A DNA stretch of 64,000 bases from Sphingobacteriales bacterium (GTDB lineage Bacteria > Bacteroidota > Bacteroidia > Chitinophagales > JADIYW01): NCBI GenBank assembly GCA_016721245.1, contig JADKIQ010000025.1, positions 327,583-391,582 on the forward strand, read 5' to 3'. Below the pieces are notes generated by a model that did not search any database, had not been told where the DNA came from, and worked only from the letters and a program-made list of their open reading frames with translations. The position numbers were made by a program, and so were the translations under genes. Shown one piece after another: positions 1-11,507 of the stretch (positions within the stretch are counted from its first letter, which is position 1; every line of letters begins with the position of its first letter).

Positions 1-65
1 GCGAATCCTTTATTTTTGCCCATTTATATGTAGACGATTCATTTATCATAAACATTGTTTAAATA

Positions 66-1380
66 CTACATAAATCCTAACACCTCGCCAATTACCTCAT
101 ATACTCTTTGCAATTGCTCTTTAGTTATGACATATGGCGGTAAAATATACACGGTATTTCCCAGCGGGCGCAGTAAAACACCGCGTTTTATGAAATTTCC
201 ATACAGAAAATCGCGTAAATCATTAAAGAGCCGGGCGTGGTGTCGCCTGCAGGCACACTTATGGCATATCCTGAAGTAAGTTGTAGTCCGCATCCGTTTT
301 CACCTCAAACGCCACGATAGTTCCCAGTTGTCGTAAATTCTCAATCTTTGGATGTGATTTCAAATCTGACGATAACTCAGTTTGCCATTCTATCAAAGTC
401 TGAAGTTTGAATACTGAAGTTTGAAGTAATCCTATGCTGGCATTCGCCGCCGCGCAAGCCAGCGGGTTTCCTGTGTAGGAATGTCCGTGGAAAAACGTTT
501 TCAGCTTATCCTCACTCAGGAACGCCTCGTAGATTTGCTGCGTACAGGTCGTCACCCCTAAAGGCAGAAATCCTCCGGTAATGCCTTTCGACAGGCAAAA
601 AATGTCGGGTTTGTGTTGTAAATAATCCGTAGCAAAGATTTTCCCGGTTCGTCCGAAACCCGTCATCACCTCGTCGGCAATACAAATCACCTCGTGTTGC
701 TGTGCAATTTCCAGCAGTTTATCCAGGTATTCAGCTTTATACATCAGCATCCCGGCAGAACCCTGCACCAGGGGCTCAAAAATGAATGCCGCCGTCTTGT
801 TGTTTTGTACAATTCGGGTGAAATCTGCCAACACCTGCTCAATATTGTCGTCGGTCGGCAAATCCACAAATTTCACCTCAAACATATAGGACTCAAACGG
901 GCGGTTGAATACGCCGCGCGCGCCCACCGACATCGCACCAAAAGTATCGCCGTGATAGGCATTTTTGAACGCAATGATGGTCGTTTTCTCTATATTTTGG
1001 TTGTGCCAGTACTGAATCGCCATTTTCAGCGCCACTTCCACGCAGGTGGAGCCGTTATCCGAGAAGAAAACGCGCGACTGTGTAGAAGGCAGTAGGTCAA
1101 GCAATTTTTCCGACAGCTCAATGGCAGGCTGATGGGTAAATCCCGCGAAAATGACGTGCTCAAGGGTATCCAGCTGCTTTTTGACGGCTTCTGCGATTTC
1201 CGGGTTCGCATGTCCGAAGAGATTGGTCCACCAACTCGAAACTGCATCGATGTACTCGTTTCCGTATTCATCGTATAGCAAAGCGCCTTTTCCATGCGTA
1301 ATCGCAATATTGGGTGCTGCCGTTTGCTGCTGCGTAAACGGGTGCCAGATCAGGTTATGGTCGCGCTCAGAAAGATTCAT
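66..1380 (-). pseudogene. bioA: adenosylmethionine-8-amino-7-oxononanoate aminotransferase (BioA), reading frame broken near the 3' end
   Basis: The 373-aa ORF 259..1380 has class-III aminotransferase/BioA motifs (SSWWTNLFGH, FSDNGSTCVEVALKMA, ADEVMTGFGRTG, CLSKGITGG) but stops about 55 aa early. The missing C-terminus (GVLLRPLGNTVYILPPYVITKEQL) lies in another frame in ORF 66..293. It is the last gene of the bio operon. Confidence 0.8.
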
Positions 1381-2047
1381 AGTCTATGGGTAAGTCGTCT
1401 GATTTGGATGATTTGGGTAATGGTGGAAGCAGAGGAAGCAGATTTTTACGAATCTGTTCCGCCTGCTGGGCGATGAAGCCTTTTGACATTGTGTCAGCTT
1501 TTGGGATTTTCCCCAACAGCTTAATACCGGTATAATTCAGGATGTAGTTTTCCGATTCAATATTAGCCTCCCCGTTAAAGATAATGCCGGCAATCGGGAT
1601 ATTGTGCTGCTTCAGGGCTTCAATCGTTAATAAGGTATGATTAATACTTCCTAAATAATTCATAGAAACTACTATAACAGGCAATTGAATATTAATAATT
1701 AAATCTTTAATTAAATATTTTTCTGACAAAGGAACCAATAAACCTCCTGCCCCTTCCACTATCAAGTAATTATTTGATTTAGGTAATTTAAAATACTGTA
1801 TATCAATATTTTTATTGTCTAATTTAGCAGCCAAATGCGGTGACACCGGCTCTGAAAAAACATACTCCTCTGGATGAATGATTTGGTGGTTCATGGAGTA
1901 CTCTCTTATGAAATCTGAATCCGTAAAATCCAAATCTCCCGACTGAACAGGCTTCCAGTAGTCTGCTTTCAGGGCTTCCACCAATACAGCAGAGACAAGT
2001 GTTTTACCAATGCCCGTTCCTATACCTGTAACAAAAAATCCAACCAT
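1367..2047 (-). CDS. bioD: dethiobiotin synthase
   Basis: 226-aa ORF with P-loop GIGTGIGKT and the YWKPVQSG and EGAGG motifs. It lies between bioF and bioA and overlaps the bioA start by 14 nt. Confidence 0.9.
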   Translation of the reverse strand: MVGFFVTGIGTGIGKTLVSAVLVEALKADYWKPVQSGDLDFTDSDFIREYSMNHQIIHPEEYVFSEPVSPHLAAKLDNKNIDIQYFKLPKSNNYLIVEGAGGLLVPLSEKYLIKDLIINIQLPVIVVSMNYLGSINHTLLTIEALKQHNIPIAGIIFNGEANIESENYILNYTGIKLLGKIPKADTMSKGFIAQQAEQIRKNLLPLLPPLPKSSKSDDLPIDYESF

Positions 2048-2058
2048 ATATACTCAAT

Positions 2059-3192
2059 CTATTTATAATCAGTAAGTAATGAAAATAATTGATCTATTTC
2101 AGCAGTTGTATTATAACTATGCAGAATCACCCGCAGGCGCTCTGTTCCCTTTGGCACTGTAGGTGAAAGTATCGCTCTCACATCTAGATTATTCTTTTGC
2201 AGATAAACGGCCAAATCTTTGCATTTTTTGTTATCCGGTACAATAATTCCGTAAATCGGGCCGTCGCCACGCACTTCAAAACTGCTTTTTAAGTCGTTTG
2301 CTTTATTTTGAAAGTATTTATTTAAATTATTTAAACTAAATAATTGATTTATATTGCTTTGCAAATAAAAATAAGTATGTTTCACGCTCAGTAAATTATG
2401 CGTTTCAAGAGCGGTACTGTAGATAAAATTCCTTGAAAAGTTAACCAGATAGTCTTTTAACTGACGACTGCCCACTACAACTGCACCATGACTTCCTATC
2501 GCCTTTCCAAAGGTATAAATACGCGCGAAGCACTTATCCTCTATTTGGGCTTCATTACACAAGCCACTACCATTACTGCCAAAAAGTCCTGTAGCATGAG
2601 CCTCATCTATCATCAAATTTACCTTGTACTTAGTGGCTAAATCAGTTAATTTTATCAAATCAGCCTTATCTCCTTCCATAGAAAAAATGGATTCAGTGAT
2701 AATAAAACCCGCCTCATAATCTGTATTCGCCTGTAAGTGCTGTTCTAGATCGATATAGTCATTATGCTTAAAGCTAATTAGTTTTGCGCCACTTAAAATC
2801 ATTCCCTGATGAATGGATGCATGCACCAGTTCATCGTAAAAAATGGCATCATTTGGCCTTACAAGTGAAGAAATCAAACCTACATTGGCATCAAAACCGG
2901 AATTATATAACAAAGCGGCCTCAGCATGGTGTGTTTTAGCCAGTAAATCTTCAACCTCTTCGTATAAAGCTGAATTTCCATTCAGCAGACGAGAACCCGT
3001 TGCCCCGGTTTTATGAAAATGATAGTTTTTGTAATCCTGTTCCACCTGCTGCCAAATAAAAGCAGATCTGGATAAACCAAGATAGTCATTAGAAGAAAAA
3101 TCAGTAAGATATTGATTTACAGTTAATTGACGAAAAAGATAGTTTTTTTTTCGCTGTTCTAAAAATTGTTGTATTCTGCCTTCTGCATTCAT
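2059..3192 (-). CDS. bioF: 8-amino-7-oxononanoate synthase
   Basis: 377-aa ORF with alpha-oxoamine synthase motifs (SNDYLGL, GSRLLNG, DEAHATG, TFGKA). It overlaps the bioB stop by 1 nt. Confidence 0.88.
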   Translation of the reverse strand: MNAEGRIQQFLEQRKKNYLFRQLTVNQYLTDFSSNDYLGLSRSAFIWQQVEQDYKNYHFHKTGATGSRLLNGNSALYEEVEDLLAKTHHAEAALLYNSGFDANVGLISSLVRPNDAIFYDELVHASIHQGMILSGAKLISFKHNDYIDLEQHLQANTDYEAGFIITESIFSMEGDKADLIKLTDLATKYKVNLMIDEAHATGLFGSNGSGLCNEAQIEDKCFARIYTFGKAIGSHGAVVVGSRQLKDYLVNFSRNFIYSTALETHNLLSVKHTYFYLQSNINQLFSLNNLNKYFQNKANDLKSSFEVRGDGPIYGIIVPDNKKCKDLAVYLQKNNLDVRAILSPTVPKGTERLRVILHSYNTTAEIDQLFSLLTDYK

Positions 3193-4178
3193 TAAGACGT
3201 AACTAATTCTTCTATTGCTTCCTTCTTAAAGGCTTCGCGAGGCTTTAAACCCAGCAAATCAAACATAGCCATGTCATCCGTAAAGCTTGGATTCGGCGTT
3301 GTCAGTAACTTATCTCCTGCGAAGATGGAGTTTGCCCCCGCCATGAAACACAATGCCTGTTCTGCCACCGGCATATCCAGGCGGCCTGCACTCAGGCGTA
3401 CCATGGTTTTAGGCATCACTATACGTACGGTTGCAATCATGCGTACCATTTCAAAGACAGAGACACGTTTCATATCTTCCAAAGGAGTTCCTTCCACAGC
3501 AACCAATGCATTAACCGGCACAGATTCAGGATGTTCAGGCAAAGTAGCTAAAGTATAAATCATACCTATTCTGGCCTCATCTGTTTCGCCCATTCCTATA
3601 ATTCCGCCGCTGCAAACGCTGATTCCTGCAGCTCGTACATTTCCGATTGTATGTAATCTCTCTTCGTAAGTTCTGGTGGTAATTATCTTCTCGTAATGCT
3701 CTTCTGAAGTATCTAAATTATGGTTGTAGGCATATAATCCGGCTTCTTTCAGTTTTTGTGCCTGATCTTCCGTCAGCATGCCCATTGTGCAGCAAACCTC
3801 CAATCCTATCTTATTCACCTCTTTTACCATTTCCAGCACTCGGTCAAAGTCGCGGTTATCTCTTACTTCTCGCCAGGCAGCACCCATACAGAAACGCGTA
3901 GAACCGCTTGCTTTGGCTTCATTAGCTTTCGACAGCACTTCTTTTACATCCAGCAGCTTGTGCGCCTTTAAACCGGTGTTATAGCGGGCAGCCTGCGGAC
4001 AATAAGCGCAATCTTCTGTACATCCTCCTGTTTTAACGGATAATAATGTACAAACCTGCACTTCGCCGGTTTGGTTATACTGACGATGAACAGTAGCCGC
4101 CTCATACATTAATTCCAGCAAAGGCTTATTGTATATCTCTTGTATCTCTTGGAAAGTCCAGTTATTTCTGATGCTCAT
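3192..4178 (-). CDS. bioB: biotin synthase (radical SAM)
   Basis: 328-aa ORF with the CxxxCxxC cluster ([10 protein letters not shown]) plus the YNHNLDTS and GGIIGMGE motifs. Confidence 0.93.
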   Translation of the reverse strand: MSIRNNWTFQEIQEIYNKPLLELMYEAATVHRQYNQTGEVQVCTLLSVKTGGCTEDCAYCPQAARYNTGLKAHKLLDVKEVLSKANEAKASGSTRFCMGAAWREVRDNRDFDRVLEMVKEVNKIGLEVCCTMGMLTEDQAQKLKEAGLYAYNHNLDTSEEHYEKIITTRTYEERLHTIGNVRAAGISVCSGGIIGMGETDEARIGMIYTLATLPEHPESVPVNALVAVEGTPLEDMKRVSVFEMVRMIATVRIVMPKTMVRLSAGRLDMPVAEQALCFMAGANSIFAGDKLLTTPNPSFTDDMAMFDLLGLKPREAFKKEAIEELVTS

Positions 4179-4209
4179 ATCAAACGTTTGTTTGGTAAAT
4201 AAACTAATT

Positions 4210-4734
4210 TTATTGCTTATTTTCTGAATTTTTTAGCTTAAGTTTCTGTAAACTCGGATGAGTTTTTAAATATTCCTTCCTCATAGCCTCCTCCTGTTCT
4301 CTAAAATTAAGTAATTTATCTATATTTTTTGGTGTTTCTGCCACTACCGGTTTAACAAACCCTGTATCCAAAGGTTTAATTTTGATCAGATTTGAATCTA
4401 CAAGATTTAATAACTCTATAAATTTTTCAGGATGTGTCTGAAAATAACTAAAGGTGGTGTAAAAATCAGCACTGTCTGCTTTATGGTGCTTCAAAATAGC
4501 CGGATAATATGATTTTTTTATAATTGACAAGGAATCTGTATTTAACCCAACCATTTTTTCATTTACATAAGCTTCCATCAGAAAGATATCCGTTAAAACT
4601 GCCATCATTTTATTATCTGATAGTTGCTTTTTGGCAGTATCAAACTTATGTTTTCTTACACAAGAAAGAATTATTACAAACGACAGTGCGTATAAAATAA
4701 ATTTTGAACTATATTTATGAAAAAAATAACGCAT
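4210..4734 (-). CDS. small lipoprotein-like protein (DUF4296-like, identified from memory)
   Basis: The ORF track gives 4210..5103, but its first 369 nt overlap yggS on the other strand. An internal ATG at 4734 (cat at 4732-4734) gives 174 aa with a signal/lipobox-like N-terminus ([14 protein letters not shown]). Confidence 0.6.
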   Translation of the reverse strand: MRYFFHKYSSKFILYALSFVIILSCVRKHKFDTAKKQLSDNKMMAVLTDIFLMEAYVNEKMVGLNTDSLSIIKKSYYPAILKHHKADSADFYTTFSYFQTHPEKFIELLNLVDSNLIKIKPLDTGFVKPVVAETPKNIDKLLNFREQEEAMRKEYLKTHPSLQKLKLKNSENKQ

Positions 4735-4738
4735 ACCA

Positions 4739-5407
4739 ATGGCAAATATTTCTGCCTTACAAGATATAACAAAAATTGCTAAAGGCAAAAAAGCGCTTTT
4801 AGTAGCTATTTCAAAAACCAAATCCGTTGATGATATAAAAGTTGTGTACAATGCAGGACAGCGTGTATTTGGCGAAAACAAAGTACAGGAACTGGTTTTA
4901 AAGTATGAATTATTACCCAAAGATATACAATGGCATATGGTGGGTAATATGCAAACCAATAAAGTAAAATACATTGCTCCGTTTATTTCTTTGATACACT
5001 CAGTTGACAGCTTAAAACTAGCTATTGAAATCAATAAACAAGCCTTAAAAAACAACCGGGTGATTGATATTTTGCTGGAAATACACATCGCTGCAGAAAC
5101 CAATAAGTCAGGGTTCTCAGAAGAAGAATTAATTGATCATTTGGATATCAAGGCTTTTGATGCCTTAAAAAATATCCGTATCGTTGGGATAATGGGAATG
5201 GCTACAAATACTAAAAGTCAGATTTTAATTAAGAATGAATTTAGTGGGTTAAAGTCATTTTTTGATGAAATGAAGGCTACCTATTTTAAAAATGCTCCGG
5301 AATTTAAGGAGTTATCCTTGGGTATGAGCGGTGATTATGCTATTGCACTGGAAGAAGGTTCTACCATGATTCGGGTGGGATCTGCTATTTTTGGGAACGG
5401 GAAATAA
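4739..5407 (+). CDS. yggS: YggS-family pyridoxal-phosphate homeostasis protein
   Basis: 222-aa ORF with the AISKTKS (PLP lysine region), FGENKVQE, WHMVGNMQTNKV and LSLGMSGDY motifs. Confidence 0.88.
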   Translation: MANISALQDITKIAKGKKALLVAISKTKSVDDIKVVYNAGQRVFGENKVQELVLKYELLPKDIQWHMVGNMQTNKVKYIAPFISLIHSVDSLKLAIEINKQALKNNRVIDILLEIHIAAETNKSGFSEEELIDHLDIKAFDALKNIRIVGIMGMATNTKSQILIKNEFSGLKSFFDEMKATYFKNAPEFKELSLGMSGDYAIALEEGSTMIRVGSAIFGNGK

Positions 5408-5425
5408 AGAAAAATCCCAATGTGC

Positions 5426-6280
5426 CTATTTAAAAATAGTATTGGCAATGCTCATTGCTTCAATAAAAGCATCCTTATTCAATCCGTGTTCAATATTATT
5501 TTCATCAAAATAAGCCAGTAAATTTTCTGTTGGCATATTGCCGGTCAATTTATCTGTAGCCATCGGACAACCACCATATCCCTTAATAGCGCCGTCAAAA
5601 CGAGTGCATCCTGCATTCCAGGCAGCTTCTACTTTTTCTTTCCAGGTGGTGGGTGTGGTATGAAAATGTGCACCAAACCCAATTTCAGGAAAATCTTCCG
5701 ATAAAACTGAGAATACATCTGTAATTATTTGTGGTGTGGCAATACCGATAGTATCAGAGATAGAAAATTTCGTTACACCAATTTCCAGTAATCGGTCTAC
5801 CCAGTGTTCAACTAAAGCAGCGTCGTAAAAATCACCATAAGGATTTCCGAATGCCATTGAAACGTAACATACAAAGGTTTGTCCCGAGCATTCACATATA
5901 TTCATAATCTCTTCTACCCGTTGTAAAGATTCTTCGATACTGCAATTGGTGTTTCTTTGCTGAAATGTTTCCGAAATGGAAAATGGATAGCCAACATAGG
6001 TAATTTCATCAAATTCACTGGCCTGTTCTGCTCCCCTTCTGTTACCCACAATCACAGAAAGTTTTGTTTCCGTATCATCCAGTTTAAGATGAGGTATAAT
6101 CAGGCTGGTATCTGCCATTTGCGGAATGGACGCCGAAGACACAAAACTACCGCAATCTAAAGTATGAAATCCTACTTTCAGTAAAGCATTCAGGTATTCA
6201 ACTTTTTTAACGGTGGGTATAAAGTCTTTAATTCCCTGCATCGCATCGCGCGGACATTCTATAATTTTTACACTTGGCAT
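5426..6280 (-). CDS. hydroxymethylglutaryl-CoA lyase family protein
   Basis: 284-aa ORF with HMGL-like TIM-barrel motifs (ECPRDAMQG, ISDTIG, HFHTT, GGCPMA). Confidence 0.8.
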   Translation of the reverse strand: MPSVKIIECPRDAMQGIKDFIPTVKKVEYLNALLKVGFHTLDCGSFVSSASIPQMADTSLIIPHLKLDDTETKLSVIVGNRRGAEQASEFDEITYVGYPFSISETFQQRNTNCSIEESLQRVEEIMNICECSGQTFVCYVSMAFGNPYGDFYDAALVEHWVDRLLEIGVTKFSISDTIGIATPQIITDVFSVLSEDFPEIGFGAHFHTTPTTWKEKVEAAWNAGCTRFDGAIKGYGGCPMATDKLTGNMPTENLLAYFDENNIEHGLNKDAFIEAMSIANTIFK

Positions 6281-6320
6281 CAGGCTATGAAATTACTAAA
6301 AACTTAGGAAAAATAAAAAA

Positions 6321-6340
6321 TCCCCGGTATGTACCGGGGA
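6321..6340. terminator. bidirectional rho-independent terminator-like hairpin
   Basis: The sequence tccccgg-tatgta-ccgggga is preceded by an A-run and followed by a T-run. It lies just downstream of the stop of the minus-strand M36 gene (6371). Confidence 0.7.
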
Positions 6341-6370
6341 TTTTCTTGTTTATGATGTGTCGTTACAACA

Positions 6371-9300
6371 TTATTGTTTTACTACTTTGTGGTAATATAC
6401 TTCATCATCTACGTTCAGTTTGATGATGTATATACCTTTAGAGTAATCACTGATGCTCAACTCTTCGTATACATTTCTCGTGCTTACAAATGATTTAACA
6501 TACAATTCTCTGCCTTCCGGGGTGTACATACGTATCTGTACGCTTGCACTCTTCGTCAGATTCAGGTTCAACACCAGTCTGCCTTCCGTAGGGTTCGGGT
6601 ATACTTCAAATACTTTCACCGAGTTCGTCGCATTCTTAATGCCGGTATAAACCGCTGAGAAGCTAGCTGATTCCGATGAAGTACATGAGCCATTCACCAC
6701 TTTCAACGTGTAGCTGCCGCTGCTTGTCAATTTGTACTATCGTACACTCGTAGTGCCTTGTAACACGCCACCTTTATACCACTGATAACTCGCTCCTACT
6801 ATAATCGCGCTGCTGTACAACGTATCGCTACTTTGTGTGATACCAGGGGTCGCTGGGGTTGGATTGACCGTAACCGTAGAAACAGCTGTGCCTGTACAGC
6901 TATTCGCCGTTCCTGTTACTGTATACGTCGTCGTCGTCGTTAAGCTTGGCGTCGTTACGTTTGAGCCACTGCCTATATTCGGACTCCAGGTATATGTATC
7001 GGCACCGCTTGCTGATAAATTAGCTGTAAAACCGCTGCATACCGATATTGATCCTACACTTACATTCGGACGCGCTGTAACCGTTACGGTAGCCACTGCT
7101 GTATTGGTACAGCCGTTAGTCGTGCCTGTTACTGTATACGTCGTCGTTGTCGTTAAGATTGGGGTCGTTACGGTTGAGCCACTGCCGATGTTAGGACTCC
7201 AACTATATGTATCTGCTCCGCTTGCCTCTAAATCTGCTGTATTGTTCGCACAAATACCTACGTTACCTGCTGCTACCGTAGGTTTGGATTTAACGGTAAT
7301 ATTTATAGATGTTGTGCCAGGGGTACTGCAACCTGTTACCGTTCCGCTCAGCGATACCGTAATATTGCCGTTCGGTGTAAAGTTTAATGTTCCGCCCCCT
7401 GTCGTGCCTGTCTGGCTAGAGGTCCACGTATAGTTATTCGCTCCGTTACCTGTTAACGTAATAGCATCTCCAAAACATACACTCGCCGGATTAGGAACTG
7501 AACTGATCGTTACTGTTGGTGCAGATGCATTGACCGTAACCGTAGCTACTGCTGTTTTACTGCATGTTCCTGTAGTTCCTGTTACCGTGTAGGTCGTCGT
7601 GGCGGTTAATACCGGTGTCGTCGTCGTGGCGCCTGATGCCAGACCCCCTGTCCATGTATAAGTAGTTGCGCCGTTCGCTTGTAACGTGGCAGAAGAACCT
7701 GAACAAACACTTGGCGATGTGACCGTCACATTCGGAAGTGGCGTGACTGTTACCGTCGCTACCGCTGTTTTGCTGCAGGTTCCTGTGGTACCCGTTACTG
7801 TATAGGTCGTCGTCGTCGTTAAGTTTGGGGTCGTTACGGATGCTCCGCTACCGATATTAGGACTCCAGCTATAGCTCGTCGCTCCGCCTGCCGTTAAGTC
7901 GGCCGTGGTGCCTGCACATATTGTCGGGGAGTTCACTGTTACATTCGGGGTCGCATTCACCGTTACCGTAGCTACTGCTGTAGCACTACAATTTCCCGTC
8001 GTGCCGGTTACCGTATACGTCGTCGTCGTCGTTAAGGTTGGTGTCGTTACGGATGATCCGCTGCCAATATTCGGACTCCATGTATAGCTCGTCGCTCCTG
8101 TAGCCGTTAAACTTGCCGTTAAGCCAGAACAGATACTTGGTGAGTTCACTGCTACCGGTGGGGGTGCTGTTACCGTTACCGTCGCTACTGCTGTTTTACT
8201 GCAACTTCCGGTAGTTCCTGTTACTGTATAAGTCGTCGTCGTCGTTAAAGTTGGGGTTGTTACAGTTGCTCCACTGCCGATATTCGGGCTCCAGGTATAG
8301 CTTGTTGCTCCTGTAGCCGTTAAACTTGCTGCTGTTCCTGTACAAATCGTCGGTGAGTTCACCGATACGTTTGGTAAGGCGGTGACCGTTACCGTTGCCA
8401 CTGCTGTTTTGCTGCAAGTACCTGTGGTTCCTGTTACTGTATAAGTCGTCGTCGTCGTTAAGCTTGGGGTCGTTACAGATGCGCCGCTGCCGATATTCGG
8501 ACTCCATGCATAGCTCGTAGCACCGCTTGCCACTAAATCTGCTGTGGTGCCTGCACATATGCTCGGTGAGTTCACTGAAACATTCGGGGTCGCATTCACT
8601 GTTACCGTAGATACCGCTGTACCCGTACAACCTTGTGTCGTGCCGGTTACCGTATATGTCGTAGTCGTCGTTAATGCTGGTGTCGTTACTGCTGCTATAC
8701 TGCCGATGTTTGGACTCCATGCATAGGTGGTCGCGCCAGTAGCAGTTAAACTTGCTGTAGCACCTGAACAAATAGCTGGCGAGTTAACCTGTACTATCGG
8801 TAAGGCTTTTACACGTATCGATTTCGTGGCTGCTGAACTTGCATTGCCTGATTTGTATGCTACTAAACTGATGATATATGTTCCTGGTGTACTGAATGTT
8901 GGTACAACCGTCGTTGTCGATGTTGACGTGCCGGGTACACCTCCTGCTATCGTCCAGCGTACTGAGTCCGGACTACCACTGCTTGCAGTCGATGTATTCG
9001 TAAACGTTAAACTACCCCCTGCACATACAGTCGTATCACTTGCCGTGAAACTTGCCGTAGCGGTCGGTGTGGTGTTACAAGCAGCAGGTATATCGAATGC
9101 AGCAGTTTGATCTGTAGCACTTAAATTAGAACCTTGATTAGCTGATGCACCCATTCCTCTTCTTGCAAAAGCTGTCCAAATCTCACACTTATCAGCATTG
9201 CCGTATAAGATAGAGTCTGCTTTTAAAATTGCATTTCTTGAATCAAGAAAACCTGGATTACATACTTGTAATTTTAAACCTTCAATAACTAATTTTATAG

Positions 9301-11507
9301 CTCGGTTATTTCCTAGAGTACCATTGTATAAATCATTGCTATAACCATATTTTTCTGTTAGAATCCAATACATGTCCCAAATTGCAGAGCACCAAATTTC
9401 ACCAATATCATGAACTTCCGTGCTTGCTGCTAAATCATCATATGTTACAGGATTTATGGTCATATCATAAGAATAAGGATTTCTTCTAATACCAGGCCCT
9501 GTTGACGTTTCACCAAGAACATAAGATCCAATTCCTCTGGCTGTATTTTTTTTATTATCCGTTGGTTTTTTAGATAATGCTAAAGCAAAGAAATCACTCC
9601 ATCCTTCACCACCTTCCTCTTCATTGCCTAGACAATTACCAAAACCATTTGGTTTGGCTCCAGTACCTGTTAAACGAGTAGAAATACCATGACCGTACTC
9701 GTGAGAAACGATTCCATTATCAAGGGCTCCATCGTATTCAATACAGTTATTGGTAGAAACTCGAGTCATGGTAACGTTTGCTGTTGCAATGTTATTTCTT
9801 AATTGTTGTCCTACTGCATATGTAACAAACATAGCAGGAATTGTAACAAGATTTCCGCTAGTCCCTGAAGCCATACCAATTAAAGAATCACCAGCTGATT
9901 GTCTGTTAATGATAATAGCACCTATTGCTCCAGCTTGTTGAACATTGTATACTTTTTCAGAAAAATTACATGTACCTCTATCAATTAAAGCAATTTTACC
10001 TGAAATAGAAGACGCATTATTTACTGCTCCACATACGTAAGAAGCAGGAGCTGTGGCACTCGTTGCATTTGCAACAGCACCTGTAATATTATATGAACAT
10101 GGTCCCCAACCGTTTTGAGAGCCATGCTGAATATCACCGGCAATATCTGCAGGTGCATTGAATGTTAGTGTTGAAGGTGGTGTACCATCCCACATAAACA
10201 TTTGCATGCGGGATTTATAAGACAATGAGTTTTCTCCATCTGCTGATGTATAAAAATTTGCATTATTTTTTTGAACAACTCCATTTTCATCTTTTGAACC
10301 ATCGTGTGCCTCTGCGTTTACGGGGTCATTATCTGTTGCAGTATTACCACTTGCATAATTTTTTAACTGAAAATTTCTGTTTGCATCTGTAAAGCCGTAC
10401 TTATAAAATATATCATGCATGATATTATTCATATAGAAAAGCTGTGTTACAACAGCCTTAGAATTTATAAGAGTATCTAATCTGGTTGTAAAATCCAGAG
10501 CAAAATCAAAATTTAAGCCTGCACCGCCATCTGCTAAATTGCCATCAACACCACCACTTGGATTTACCTGATCATTCCCGTCTTTATCTGTGTAAGCATT
10601 AACGTTATTACCTCTTGTATAGTTAGACTCAGCACCGGCTACACCGTTAGTGTCATGCCAGCCATAAGGTGATGCAGTTGCTTCACTTGGATCAGACAGC
10701 AACTGTCTGGAACCAAATACTGGAGATTCCACACCGTAAGGATATACTCTGTAGGATCCGGCTAAATTTTGTTCATTGGTTCCATTTCCTACAATATTGC
10801 CGGGAACTCTTTCAATCATTTGTGTACTGGATTGGCCGGATTGTGACGCTACATATGAACCTATTCCGAATTCACAGTGTAAAACCAAGTCTCTTTTGTA
10901 AATAACTGAACCATCAATAGCGTTGACAGTAATATTCCAAATACTTTTATCATCAGCAGATGCGAAGCTTACAAACCATGCTAATTTTACTTTATCTTGT
11001 TTATCTTTTACATAAAGTAACTTTGCATTTATTTCACTTTTACTCAATTCTGCAATTTTTTCAAAAGAATATGATTTAATATCTTTTTTATCTTTACCAA
11101 TTTGTTTTAGTGACAGCGCATTACTATAGTTTAATAATCTTGCCGCGTTCGCTATTGCATCCTCAGCTCTTACAACAGGAGCTGATTGTGAAACCTGATT
11201 TTTCAAATCGTAAACCCCGCTATTTGTAGTATACACTACTTTACCATCCTTAATGTGAATGGCAACATAACCGTTGTTTAATTCAAGCCCGTTATAGGTT
11301 TGCTGAAACCAAACACGGTTAGTATTACTAAAATCATCAAAAAGATCCTGATCAAAAACTAAATCTTTGGCATCCTGATCGGATAATTTCAATTCTTTTT
11401 TGTGATCATTGATGTATTTCAATGCTAGTGCGCTTGTTTGTAGCTTTTGCAAAAATGAGCAGAAATTCAAATGCTAACATACCTGTTAGTGTAATTCTTT
11501 TAATCAT
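6371..11507 (-). pseudogene. M36 (fungalysin-like) zinc metalloprotease with PA domain, Ig-like repeat array and T9SS C-terminal sorting domain; interrupted
   Basis: It has a HExxH motif (HEYGHGISTRL), a PA-domain-like insert (GKIALIDRGTCNFSEKVYNVQQAGAIGAIIINR), a PKD-like module and 9 Ig-like modules. A Por-secretion tail (YPNPTEGRLVLNL...IYIIKLNVDDEVYYHKVVKQ) lies in ORF 6371..6730. An in-frame TAG at 6737-6739 separates the body from the tail. The signal peptide MIKRITLTGMLAFEFLLIFAKA (ATG at 11507) is in a different frame from the body ORF. Confidence 0.75.
6850..8790 (-). repeat. tandem coding repeats, 213-bp (71-aa) period, about 9 units
   Basis: Repeated units read VNSP.IC.G..A.L.A.GATSY.WSPNIGSG..VTTP.LTTTTTYTVTGTTG.CS.TAVATVTV. 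The antisense ORFs 7905..8087 and 8544..8726 are near-identical and lie 639 nt (3 x 213) apart. Confidence 0.9.

Noticed and set aside
4735-5103. 5' extension of the DUF4296-like ORF to 297 aa
   Set aside because: The extension overlaps yggS on the opposite strand and encodes Cys/Ile-rich nonsense. The internal ATG at 4734 gives a signal peptide and leaves a 4-nt divergent gap.
6737-6739. Stop-codon reassignment (TAG, or other stops, read as sense) as the explanation for the in-frame stops
   Set aside because: The decayed leuS segment contains TAA, TAG and TGA, together with frame changes. TAG also ends well-delimited genes here (22571-23698 at 23696-23698; PhyH at 59822-59824). TGA and TAA likewise end conserved genes at their expected lengths.
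6850-8790. CRISPR-like regular repeats
   Set aside because: The repeats are contiguous 213-bp coding units without spacers. They sit inside an ORF, and no cas genes are present.
6837-9110. Plus-strand ORFs (6837-7433, 7905-8087, 8544-8726, 8727-9110) rich in V/T/P
   Set aside because: They are antisense to the Thr/Gly/Val-rich repeat array of the M36 gene. Their periodicity only mirrors the 213-bp repeats, and the minus-strand frame has clear domain content.
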